DNA of 64,000 nt, from the IMG/VR virus record IMGVR_UViG_3300029258_002338, positions 6,175-70,174 of that record, one strand, 5' to 3'. A program made the position numbers and the translations under genes. Under the pieces are notes generated by a model. That model had not been told where the DNA came from. It did no database searches and saw only the letters and a program-made list of their open reading frames with translations. This document shows, piece after piece, positions 28,648-37,551 of the stretch (its first letter is position 1; the number at the start of each line of letters is the position of its first letter). The DNA comes from a virus.

Positions 28648-31185
28648 GTGTACCCTAAAATGATACCTTGCAAAGAAGGCGCATCGTGCCCCAGCTGTCC
28701 GCTCTACGAGGTGGGCATCCCGGTGGCTGACCGTCCCGCAGCCTCGGGCGTGAAGCTGGCCCTGGTGGGCGAGATGCCCGGCAAGGACGAGGTCGTCGAG
28801 AGCCTGTGCTTCGTCGGCCAAACCGGCCAGATGGTCGAGGCCGCCATCCGCCAGCTCGGGTCCCCGCAGCCCTACATGACCAACGCGGTGCGCTGCGGGC
28901 TCCCCCGCGGAGCCAAGCCCTCTCCGTCTCAGATGCAGGCCGCCGCGGACATCTGCGTGGGCGACGTGGTCGCCAACCTGCGCGAGGGAGGCTTCTCGGT
29001 CGTCATGGCCCTGGGCGGCTTCCCCTGGGAGCAGCTCTCGGGCTTCAAGGGCATCGAGAAGTACCGTGGCTGCGTGATGGACGACCCGCTGGGCGAGCCC
29101 TGGAAGCTGACGTGCAGCATCCACCCCGCGGCGATCCTGCGCCAGGAGATGTACTACCCCTGGGTCGAGCTGCTCGTCGCCGACCTCGGCAAGGCCTTCA
29201 AGCTGGCGTCCGGCGAGCTGGACGTCTGGAAGCCCACGGTGCTCGACGGGTGCGACTACGACGCCGTCCAACGCTTCCTGCGGGCCCTCCGGGGGCCGGT
29301 CGCCTGCGACGTGGAGACGGACGGCCTGGACGCCCTCTCGTGCAACCTCAAGACCGTCGGCCTCGCGAACCAGGGCGTCGCGGTCTCGATCCCGGTCGGC
29401 ACCTACTACGACGACCTGTGGAAGACCGGGGAGTGGAACCGCGTCGCCGCCTTGCTCCGCCAGATGTGCGACGACCCCAACATCCCGATGGTCTTCCACA
29501 ACAAGGTCTACGACGTGCCGGTCATGGAGCGGTACTTCGGCCCGATCCGCGGAGAGCGCCACGACACCCTGCTCGAGCACCACGCCTGCTTCCCCAAGCT
29601 CCCCCACACCCTCCAGCAGGTCACCACGCAGTTCCTGGCGGCCGAGCCCTGGAAGGTCCTCTTCGACGAGTCGATGGGCAAGAAGAAGTGGACCGAGAAG
29701 GAGACCGGCGACGAGCTGGCCCAGCTGCTCTGGTACAACGCCTCGGACACCGGGGCCACCGAGTACCTCCACCACCGTCTGAAGCCCGAGATCGCCTCCC
29801 ACGGCGTGCGAGAGGTCGTGGACGGCGACCGCAAGCTCGTCGACATCGCCATCGACTGGCACCAGGTCGGCATCGCCGTCGACCGCGAGCGGGCCGCCCA
29901 GCTGGAGGAAGAGTACCGCTTGCAGATCGACGAGATGTGGGACGCCCTCCAGTCCACGGTCGCCGAGGAGACCAAGGACCCGGATCGCCTGGGTCTCAAG
30001 GGCTTCATGGAGACCGACCACAAGCGGCTCCTCAAGGGCCACGGCTTCAACCCCCGCAGCCCGGACCAGCTCGCCAACTTCCTGTTCACGATCCTCGGGC
30101 TGCGCCCGCGCAAGCTCACCGCCACGGGCAAGCGGTCCACCGCCAAGGACGCCCTCTTCGAGCTGCGCGACGAGCACCCCTTCATCCGCGACCTGCTCGA
30201 GTATCGGGAGATCGCCAAGCTCTGGTCCACCTACCTCAAGAACCTCGAGTCTCAGCTCGGCGAGGACGGACGCCTCCACGCGGTCTACAAGCTGGCCGCC
30301 ACGCCCTCGGGCCGGTTCGGGACCTCTCCGAACGTCCAGAACTGGCCCTACTCGATGCGCGAGATGCTGGTGGCTCCTCCCGGGCGCAAGCTCATCGGGG
30401 CCGACTACGCGGCGCTGGAGCTGCGCCTCTCGGCCCTGCTCGCCGGCCAGGAGGACCTCATCGAGGCCTTCAACGCCGACGTCGACATCCACGCTCGCCA
30501 CGCGGGGTGGTTCTTCGGCGAGACCTGGCAGAAGCTCGAGGACGAGCTGGCGCGCACCGACCTGACCGACGAGGAGCGCAAGCGCCTGCTCGCCGCCCGC
30601 AAGGCGCTGCGTGGCCGCGGCAAGAACGTCACCTTCGGCAAGATCTACCGGGCCGGAGCCAAGACCCTCTTCGAGCAGATCCGCGAGAAGCTGCCCGGGG
30701 AGGACCAGGACCGGCTGATGCGCGAGGTGACGTTCATGTCGGCCACCCTGGACGCCAAGTATCCGCAGATCGTGGCCGCGGCGGATCACTACTGGGAGAG
30801 CGCCTGCCGCGACTTCTGCCTGCGGACCTTCCTGTCCGGCCGGCTCCGCAAGTACCCGATGGCCAAGCGGTTCCCTCCGCCCCCGACCGAGACGGCCAAC
30901 CACCCGATCCAGGGAGGCGCGGCGGACATCATCAACATGGCCACGCTCCGGTGGGTCTGGGAGCTGGAGGACGAGGGCCTCTACCACGACGGCGTCTGGC
31001 CCATCCTCCAGATCCACGACGCGCTCTACGCCGAGGTGGACGAGGACATCGCGCAGCAGGAGGCCGAGCGGCTCGAGCGGTGTATGTTCACCGAGCTGGA
31101 GCACGTCTCCCCGATCACGGGCCGCACCAACCGCCTGCGTTTCCCCGCGGAAGCCTCCGTGGGCGACCGGATCAGCGAGGTGTGA
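28648..31185 (+). CDS. family A DNA polymerase fused to an N-terminal family-4 uracil-DNA glycosylase and a 3'-5' exonuclease
   Basis: UDG: CPSCPL, VGEMPG, FVG, TNAVRC, HPAAIL. Exo: DVET, FHN, YD. Pol: SGR, DYAALELR, KNVTFGKIY, NHPIQG, QIHD. Confidence 0.92.
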   Translation: MYPKMIPCKEGASCPSCPLYEVGIPVADRPAASGVKLALVGEMPGKDEVVESLCFVGQTGQMVEAAIRQLGSPQPYMTNAVRCGLPRGAKPSPSQMQAAADICVGDVVANLREGGFSVVMALGGFPWEQLSGFKGIEKYRGCVMDDPLGEPWKLTCSIHPAAILRQEMYYPWVELLVADLGKAFKLASGELDVWKPTVLDGCDYDAVQRFLRALRGPVACDVETDGLDALSCNLKTVGLANQGVAVSIPVGTYYDDLWKTGEWNRVAALLRQMCDDPNIPMVFHNKVYDVPVMERYFGPIRGERHDTLLEHHACFPKLPHTLQQVTTQFLAAEPWKVLFDESMGKKKWTEKETGDELAQLLWYNASDTGATEYLHHRLKPEIASHGVREVVDGDRKLVDIAIDWHQVGIAVDRERAAQLEEEYRLQIDEMWDALQSTVAEETKDPDRLGLKGFMETDHKRLLKGHGFNPRSPDQLANFLFTILGLRPRKLTATGKRSTAKDALFELRDEHPFIRDLLEYREIAKLWSTYLKNLESQLGEDGRLHAVYKLAATPSGRFGTSPNVQNWPYSMREMLVAPPGRKLIGADYAALELRLSALLAGQEDLIEAFNADVDIHARHAGWFFGETWQKLEDELARTDLTDEERKRLLAARKALRGRGKNVTFGKIYRAGAKTLFEQIREKLPGEDQDRLMREVTFMSATLDAKYPQIVAAADHYWESACRDFCLRTFLSGRLRKYPMAKRFPPPPTETANHPIQGGAADIINMATLRWVWELEDEGLYHDGVWPILQIHDALYAEVDEDIAQQEAERLERCMFTELEHVSPITGRTNRLRFPAEASVGDRISEV

Positions 31186-31243
31186 TCGTGACGACTGACG
31201 AGATCGACGATCTGTGATATGGAGGAGGGGGCGACCTCTACAA

Positions 31244-32211
31244 GGGAGGACTAGATGGCGAGGACGTACCGTCGTCGGCCGAAACCTGAGTGCGAAGGAC
31301 GAGTCCTAAAGTACGGCCGCAAGTGGGAGTGTTCGATCCGCCACGAGGGCTCGAAGCTCTGGGCCGATTGCCCAAGCAACTACGGCACCCGCAAGCAGGC
31401 AGAGTCGGCACTCAAACGCAAGGCTCGGGGCCTGTGCACTCTACAGCGCTGGTCGGTGCGGAGCTAGTGATGGATGAGCCCCGCTGCGCCGCCTGCGGCC
31501 TCACCCGCGACGAGCACATCGCTCGCATCTGGTGCCCCGACGCGCTCCACGGGGAGGCCCTGTTCCAGCCCGCTGACGACCCGGCGCTGCTGATCAACGT
31601 GTTGTGGGAGGACTAGACGAGGGAATGAAACCGAAGAGCACCAGTCAGTCGCTGCGAGGCAAGATACTCAAAGAGAGCAGCAAGGCCGAGTTCCTAGTTC
31701 TAGCTCACATGATGGCTGAAGCGTTGTGGGAGGACATAGAGCAGCGGGATCAACCATCGTACGGTAGGACACACTACCCAGGGAGTGTGGTTGATGGGGA
31801 GATCGAGTTCACCTTGACGGTGGGCTTGGCTGATGATTGTGGGGAGGACTAGATGGCGATCAGGTTCCGCAGGCGAGGAGGTGCTGGGGTCCCATCTGGT
31901 GAAGAGGAAGGTCGCCGACCCGCTTGCTTTATGATCTACGCCGGGAAGGGCGACTTGAGAGCGGCCCGCGGCGTCGTGTCTCGCGCCATTCGCAAGGCGT
32001 TGACCAAGGCAGAGCTGGAGCGGGCAACCCTCGTTTACTACCCAGCACGGAGCGCCCACGGCAGCCCCAGATACTGCTACAACGTGACCGACGAAGAGAA
32101 CAAGCGCATCTCGGCTGAGATCCGTAGGGAGGCCGAGAAGGCTGGGTTCAACCGCCCACCGGGCGAAGGGTATCACGATTGATGGGCAACGTGTTGAGGG
32201 AGGACTAGATG
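31244..32211 (+). repeat. four GGGAGGACTAGAYG gene-junction repeats
   Basis: Copies at 31244-31257, 31606-31619, 31842-31855 and 32198-32211. Confidence 0.8.
31255..32182 (+). CDS. four small genes (31255-31467, 31470-31616, 31625-31852, 31853-32182)
   Basis: Contiguous ORFs punctuated by the repeated RBS junction; the first and last are basic. Confidence 0.6.
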
Positions 32212-32919
32212 CCAATCGCGGGATACAGACCGAAGCGGAAGAAGCGGGTCTTCAAGGAGTATTATACACTCCCTAAGAGGCCGAAGCTCGCCGACGTAAT
32301 CCGCAGGTGGTGCCGCCGCAAGGAAGCAGGCGAAGACCACTACTACCGCATGGTCCCCGTCAAAGACCTCTGGCGCTACCGCGAGTACACATGGTCTCGT
32401 GGGGCTGCTCGCCGCAACCGAGAAGAGTGGGACGAGCTGAAGCAGAGCATGGCCGAGGAGGGGTGGAACACTGACAACCCTCTCCTCTTCACCATCGGGC
32501 AAAAGAGCTGCGTGTCTTTCGTCGGAGAGGGCAATCACCGACTAGCTATCGCCCGCGACCTGGGCATCACGCACGCCCCCGTGCGCTTCATCTTTTCGGA
32601 GGAGGGTTCCTCTCCTTGGACCGTCCAGGAAGACCTTCACGACTACAGGAGATGGCGTCGACAGGAGGGGATGGAGCGGGTGAACTACGCCTTTGATCGG
32701 AGGAATGCGATCCGGCTCGAGAAGGGTTCGCGGGTCATGGAGAGGCGCCTCCCCGCCGAACACGTCAAGGTGTGCTCCTGGGACAAACCTCGTACTTCTC
32801 CCTCCAAGCTGCCCAGAAGGCTGCCAAAAGACTCTGGAGACCAGATAGAGGCTCAGGTCACGGCGCGGAGGGCGGTAGACAAGTGGGAGAAGTACATAGA
32901 GTGCTTGAAGGAGCAGTAA
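32209..32919 (+). CDS. ParB/Srx-like nuclease-domain protein
   Basis: WDELKQSMAEEGW...P...GEGNHRLAIARDLG...APV. Confidence 0.75.
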   Translation: MPIAGYRPKRKKRVFKEYYTLPKRPKLADVIRRWCRRKEAGEDHYYRMVPVKDLWRYREYTWSRGAARRNREEWDELKQSMAEEGWNTDNPLLFTIGQKSCVSFVGEGNHRLAIARDLGITHAPVRFIFSEEGSSPWTVQEDLHDYRRWRRQEGMERVNYAFDRRNAIRLEKGSRVMERRLPAEHVKVCSWDKPRTSPSKLPRRLPKDSGDQIEAQVTARRAVDKWEKYIECLKEQ

Positions 32920-33149
32920 TGGCGTGTCACTACCGCATTGACGACTCGAAGGGCCGCACCGGCGACGACTACTACGGCGGCAAGACCAAGAAGGCCGCCC
33001 AGCGCCGCAAGAAGGCGCTCAAGGTCACCGGGCGCATCTACCGTCACTGCGCTCGCAAGGGTGCCAAGGCGCCGCGGACCATGCCCCCTGCTCTACAGTG
33101 GGCCTACATCGGCATCTTCGGCGCCGGGATCTGGCTGGCGCTGCGATGA
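32919..33149 (+). CDS. small basic protein with C-terminal TM
   Basis: TAATG overlap; Lys/Arg-rich; WAYIGIFGAGIWLAL. Confidence 0.6.
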   Translation: MACHYRIDDSKGRTGDDYYGGKTKKAAQRRKKALKVTGRIYRHCARKGAKAPRTMPPALQWAYIGIFGAGIWLALR

Positions 33150-33403
33150 CCCGTCGCATCAACGAGACCGTGGCCGTCAAGGTCACGCCAGAGTTCAAGG
33201 AGGCGCTCGAAGCCTGGGGCTACGAGCACGGCCTCACAGCGGGCCAGTCGCTCCGCGCGCTGGCCCAACTCGCCCTGGAGCAACGCCTCGGCGGGCAACC
33301 CTTCCGTGCGGCCCTGGAGTCCGCGCGGGCCAACCTCGTGCAGGCGATCTCGGAGCGGTCCAAGGCCGCCTTCGAGTCAGTCCTGCGCGACCTGGAGATC
33401 TGA
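33146..33403 (+). CDS. ribbon-helix-helix-like DNA-binding protein
   Basis: ETVAVKVTPEFKEALEAWG...GLTAGQSLR pattern. Confidence 0.55.
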   Translation: MTRRINETVAVKVTPEFKEALEAWGYEHGLTAGQSLRALAQLALEQRLGGQPFRAALESARANLVQAISERSKAAFESVLRDLEI

Positions 33404-33419
33404 GAGGAGATGTGGGGAG

Positions 33420-33812
33420 ATGTCAGGATTCAAAGAGCAGATCATACAGTGGACGGAGACCGCGGCCGACGTGTCGGAGAAGTGCTCCACCATCGTCGCC
33501 CGTAGCGGCGCCAGCGTCATCAACACGCTGTCCCCGCTGATGGTCCAGTGGGAGCGGTCCAAGCTCCGCCGCGAGGACGTCTTCCGGGACGGCATCGCCG
33601 AGTGGATCACCAAGCTCCAGGAGGCCGGCCTGGGCGCCCCCGAGGCCAAGCACCTGGCCTCGCTCGAGATCCAGCACCGCCACCGGGCGCGCGACCAGGA
33701 GGGGACCATCGAGAGGTTGGTGGCCGACCTGCTCACGCAGATCATCGGCATCGGGCTGGCGAGCCTGCCGGCCAACCTGCCGGGGATCGGCGGGGAAGGG
33801 GAAGACCAATGA
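33420..33812 (+). CDS. hypothetical protein
   Basis: Helical ORF coupled to the hydrolase gene. Confidence 0.55.
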   Translation: MSGFKEQIIQWTETAADVSEKCSTIVARSGASVINTLSPLMVQWERSKLRREDVFRDGIAEWITKLQEAGLGAPEAKHLASLEIQHRHRARDQEGTIERLVADLLTQIIGIGLASLPANLPGIGGEGEDQ

Positions 33813-34471
33813 AGCGCGGGAGGTTCGTGAGGGAGCACGACGGCACCGAGTACGTGCCGAGCAACGAGGACGTCGAGTGGCTCGCCAAGTCTCTCTGGGG
33901 TGAGGGCGGCAGCGACATCACGCGCACCGAGGCCGCGGCCGTCGCCTGGACCATGATGCGCCGCTTCTTGCTCTGGCCCGGCGACCGCTGGGACTCCTTC
34001 ACGCAGCTCGTCCGCAGCTTCTCCCAGCCGGTCAACCCGGCCTGGCTCGATCCCTCCGGCCCGAAGTGCCGGAAGCACCCCGACTACTGCCAGGACTCCC
34101 ACATCCGCCGGCGCCGCAAGATCCAGGGCGCCTCGTGGGGGGACGTCCCCGAGAAGGCGCGGCTCCACGCCGTCTCCTTCCTCGCCGGCGTGCTGCCCGA
34201 CCAGCTGGGCGCCGAGTACGTCGACTTCGCCTCCACGCCGCGAGCCCGCCGCATCGGGCGCGACGTGGGCGGCAACTTCTTCCTCACCAAGTCCCAGACC
34301 GACATGGGCTGGCTGCCGGGCGGCGTGCGCGTCGATCCCCAGTACGCTGGTCCCGAACTCCCCGACGTGGGGTGGGAGCCTTCCACTCCGGGAACGCTCC
34401 CGACCACCCTCGCCATCCTGGCGTGGGCTGGTCTGACGGCGTGGGCCGTCAAGAAAGTCTTCTTCGAATAA
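33809..34471 (+). CDS. SleB/Hydrolase_2-like cell-wall hydrolase with C-terminal TM
   Basis: DVEWLAKSLWGEG...AAVAWTMMRR...FSQ. Confidence 0.65.
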   Translation: MKRGRFVREHDGTEYVPSNEDVEWLAKSLWGEGGSDITRTEAAAVAWTMMRRFLLWPGDRWDSFTQLVRSFSQPVNPAWLDPSGPKCRKHPDYCQDSHIRRRRKIQGASWGDVPEKARLHAVSFLAGVLPDQLGAEYVDFASTPRARRIGRDVGGNFFLTKSQTDMGWLPGGVRVDPQYAGPELPDVGWEPSTPGTLPTTLAILAWAGLTAWAVKKVFFE

Positions 34472-34482
34472 GGAGGTTAGTC

Positions 34483-35076
34483 ATGCGTTGGATCACCAGC
34501 CCTTCACGGGTTGGCGAGTGGGCGTACCTGTGTTTGCTCGCCTTCGTCAGTCAGAGCGTCCTGGTGGCGGCCGAGCCCGCCGAGCCCGTCTCGATCGGGG
34601 AGCCCCGCGAAGGGGTCTCCGAGGTGGCCGAGGTCGAGACCTACATCAAGACCTTCGTCGCCAACGGTCGCAAGGAGCAACGAGCGGCCCGAGACCGCCG
34701 CTGGAAGGCCATCCCCGAGCTGGCGGCCCTCATCGTCGAGGTGGCCCGAGAGTGGAGCCTAGACCCCCTCCTGGTGGCCGTGGTCGTCAAGTACGAGTCG
34801 AGCTTCTACCAGGCCAGCGTGGGGGCCGTGGGCGAGCTGGGCCTGATGCAGGTCTGGGGCAAGGCCGCCCGCGACGACGACGGCAAGCCCTACGACCTGG
34901 ACACCTCGCGCGGGCAGCTCATGGCCGGCTGTCACCACTTCGTGCGCTGCCTCGAGCAGTGCGGCGGCGACGTCCTCTCTGCTCTGAAGGCGTACCAGTC
35001 CGGCCAGTGCGGCGCCTCTCGCACTGGGGCGGGGCTACGGTACAGGGAATATCTAGCAGTCCGAAGCAAACGGTAG
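34483..35076 (+). CDS. lytic transglycosylase (SLT) with N-terminal signal/anchor
   Basis: LDPLLVAVVVKYESSF, GELGLMQV, ALKAYQSG. Confidence 0.85.
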   Translation: MRWITSPSRVGEWAYLCLLAFVSQSVLVAAEPAEPVSIGEPREGVSEVAEVETYIKTFVANGRKEQRAARDRRWKAIPELAALIVEVAREWSLDPLLVAVVVKYESSFYQASVGAVGELGLMQVWGKAARDDDGKPYDLDTSRGQLMAGCHHFVRCLEQCGGDVLSALKAYQSGQCGASRTGAGLRYREYLAVRSKR

Positions 35077-35460
35077 GGTATTAGCTTACCTGTCAGGAAT
35101 TATCCCACATATTTACCATGTGCCGCTATGGCAACCTAGCAAATACCATGCCACATATCCATAGGATACCCCTATAGTATAAGGTATATATAGCAATAAG
35201 TATGCCAAGTCTATATGGGTATACTATGCAAAAAGTATATAGATTCCCTATGGATTCGGACGGAAATGTCGTGGTTTTTCCTATCCTGTCGGGTATCCAT
35301 AAACCTACGATTTCCCAATTCCCCAGTGATTTCAATAGGTTATAGCATATAGGGAATCTTGGCCTATTCCCTGCATATTCCCTATATGTTCGCGGTTCTT
35401 TCACAATCGATTCCCTGTGCCAGCTGGCGATTCCTAGCGTATCCCTGGCTATGAGCACGC
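35077..35460. other. AT-rich non-coding segment with recurring ATAT/TATAG/CATAT motifs
   Basis: Sharp GC drop; no credible ORF; sits between lysis-type genes and a probable early region. Confidence 0.6.
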
Positions 35461-35482
35461 ACTGCGTTCTTTGACTGCGAAA

Positions 35483-35600
35483 ACCGCTTGTAGGTTTGCC
35501 GACGAAATCCGACAGGGTTTGCGGGTTTATGCGCTTGTTTCGTTTCCTTTCTCAGCGCGGGTTGCTCGCACGTCGCCCGGTTCGATTCCGGGAAGCGGTG
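35483..35600 (+). ncRNA. tRNA-like structured RNA with an anti-SD loop (not a canonical tRNA)
   Basis: Acceptor-like stem ACCGCTT/AAGCGGT stacked on T-arm CCCGG-TTCGATT-CCGGG; further stems CGACG/CGTCG, AAATCC/GGGTTT, GCGGGT/GCTCGC, TGCGCT/AGCGCG; loop TGTTTCGTTTCCTTTCTC. Confidence 0.75.
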
Positions 35601-35633
35601 TCGTGTTCTTTGAAACCCGAAAGGAGAAAAGGA

Positions 35634-36005
35634 ATGGAACAGCAGATCTTCTCGAATGACTTCTTCCTGCCGGAGATGCCCGGAATCGACGGCGACCGAT
35701 TCGAGTTGTGTCCGTGTACAATGGTCCACGGTCACCTCTTGGACGTCGAGGCCGGAGTCGAGTTTCTGGTCTTCCGGTCGGGAACCGTCGAGGGGAAGCA
35801 CGCCGCTTTGGTGCTGGCGCTTCCCTTGGCCGAGGGGCTTTCCTTGCCGGATCCCAAGCTGATGATCATCGATCTCGACATCGCCCGCGACAAGGGATCC
35901 GTATTTCAGGATCTCACCTTCACTTCGCAGTCGTTGGCTGACTGGGCCAGCGAGAACGACGAGTGGGATTTCGTCGCTCCCTGCGACTGCGCCGACTGCC
36001 TCTAG
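35634..36005 (+). CDS. hypothetical acidic protein
   Basis: ATG 35634 after AAAGGAG; C-terminal CDCADC. Confidence 0.6.
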   Translation: MEQQIFSNDFFLPEMPGIDGDRFELCPCTMVHGHLLDVEAGVEFLVFRSGTVEGKHAALVLALPLAEGLSLPDPKLMIIDLDIARDKGSVFQDLTFTSQSLADWASENDEWDFVAPCDCADCL

Positions 36006-36180
36006 CCTACCTTTCTTGATTCCCCGATGCGAGGCGGCGAGTCCTGCTCGCCGTCTCGGATCTCGGAACCAAACTCCGAGAGTTTCTCCGGGTCTTTGAC
36101 AATCTGGATTCGGATGCACTTGCAACGCGCGCGGCGCGTTGTCGCGCGCATTCAAAACCCGAAAGGGAAGGGAGTCCAAA

Positions 36181-36411
36181 ATGATCAAGGTCACTTTCAT
36201 CAACAACATGGGCGGTGGTTACGGCATGACGAAGGACGTGCCGGACGGCACCACGATCGACAGCTTCCTGCGCGAGACCCTCGGCGAGGGTTTCGATCCG
36301 CACAGCTACAAGATCTCGGTGAACAGGAGTCCGGTCGCCGCCAGCTACACGCTGGTCGACGGCGACCGGATCTCCGCCACCCCGACCAAGATCGAGGGGG
36401 CCGGCCGCTAG
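36181..36411 (+). CDS. ubiquitin-like (ThiS/MoaD beta-grasp) protein
   Basis: 76 aa; VPDGTTIDSFL...ISVN...LVDGDRISATP...EGAGR. Confidence 0.85.
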   Translation: MIKVTFINNMGGGYGMTKDVPDGTTIDSFLRETLGEGFDPHSYKISVNRSPVAASYTLVDGDRISATPTKIEGAGR

Positions 36412-36423
36412 GCTGGAACCCTC

Positions 36424-37551
36424 ATGACCGATCCCGAACTCAATCGGGAAGCTCTGCGGCTGGCCGTGCGGTTCCTTCGGGAGCCGCCGGCCCGGCCCCG
36501 GGCTTCTCAGCTCCAACTTGCAAGCTGCATCCGTGACGCGGTCTCGCGACTCGAGACTGCGTACAAGCACATTCGTCGGCACTCACGGGTCTCGGACCCG
36601 TACAAGCAGGACCGCTACAGACGGTCCATCCAGAGGATCGTCTGCTCGAACGCCCACTGCTTTCGGCAGTGGGATGACGAGCAGACCATCGAGGACGAGC
36701 TTCGTCAGCTCCACCCGCTCCAGCCGAATCTCCGGGACGTCTACGATGACATCCTGGCGATTCAGGACGAGTGGGGGGCAGCTCTGGATCTGAGGCAGAA
36801 GACGATCGTGGTCGTGACCGACCCGATCGTCCTAGAAGGGATCAACCTGGGTCGGATGAGCATCAAGCTCTACATCCGCCCCGGAGATCTCAGCTTTCGG
36901 ATCCATCCCTTGGAGCCCAACTACGGGCGCAACGACTATTTCCACCCGCACGTCAGTGCGGGAGGGGATATGTGCGAGGGAGACGCTGAGACCAAGATCA
37001 ACAACGCCATCATCAACGGTTCGATCTACGACGTCGTTCAGATCCTGATGTCCACGCTCACCACCTACAATTCGTCTTCGCCATACCTGGCGCTGGAAGA
37101 CTGGGATGGTCACTCGGAGACTTGCCCCAACTGTGGGGATGAGATCTCCGAGGACGACGCCTACAGCTGTGATAGCTGCACTGAGACCCACTGTGGGATC
37201 TGCGTGCACTACTGCGAGGAGTGCGGAGGGTACTATTGCGAGGGATGCAGAACCGTCTACTCGTGTGAGCAGTGCCATTCGTCCATCTGTTCCCGCTGTT
37301 CCTACACCTGTTCCGTCTGTGGCGAGCAGTTCTGCGACGTGTGCCTCAATTCCTGCGAGGATTGCGGTTCGCTCTTCTGCGAGGAGTGCAACCGCGATCC
37401 CGATGGGCGCTGCTGCCCGGAGTGCTACGAGCGCGAGGAGGAAGAAGATGACGAAGAAGAAGAAGAAGCCGAAGTCGGGGACAAAGTCAAAGTCGGAGAC
37501 AACGACTACGACGGCGACCACGATCACACCGGCTACGCCCGAGCCGTCTAA
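36424..37551 (+). CDS. prokaryotic E2-like protein with Cys-rich repeats and acidic tail
   Basis: YFHPHVSAGGDMCEG (HPxV...C E2 active-site pattern), then a long CxxC array. Confidence 0.75.
   Translation: MTDPELNREALRLAVRFLREPPARPRASQLQLASCIRDAVSRLETAYKHIRRHSRVSDPYKQDRYRRSIQRIVCSNAHCFRQWDDEQTIEDELRQLHPLQPNLRDVYDDILAIQDEWGAALDLRQKTIVVVTDPIVLEGINLGRMSIKLYIRPGDLSFRIHPLEPNYGRNDYFHPHVSAGGDMCEGDAETKINNAIINGSIYDVVQILMSTLTTYNSSSPYLALEDWDGHSETCPNCGDEISEDDAYSCDSCTETHCGICVHYCEECGGYYCEGCRTVYSCEQCHSSICSRCSYTCSVCGEQFCDVCLNSCEDCGSLFCEECNRDPDGRCCPECYEREEEEDDEEEEEAEVGDKVKVGDNDYDGDHDHTGYARAV

Noticed and set aside
28477-31104. 875-aa antisense ORF and other long shadow ORFs (e.g. 10772-12865, 58923-60791, 3943-5472)
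   Set aside because: Mirror frames of real high-GC genes, with no motifs or RBS
31244-32211. CRISPR array or classical integron
   Set aside because: Repeats are about 14 bp and separated by whole genes; no attC-like palindromes, and no IntI-specific features recognised
35483-35600. Canonical tRNA or tmRNA gene
   Set aside because: No D-stem, 7-nt anticodon loop or encoded CCA; no G3-U70 alanine identity or tag ORF. Kept as a tRNA-like ncRNA instead
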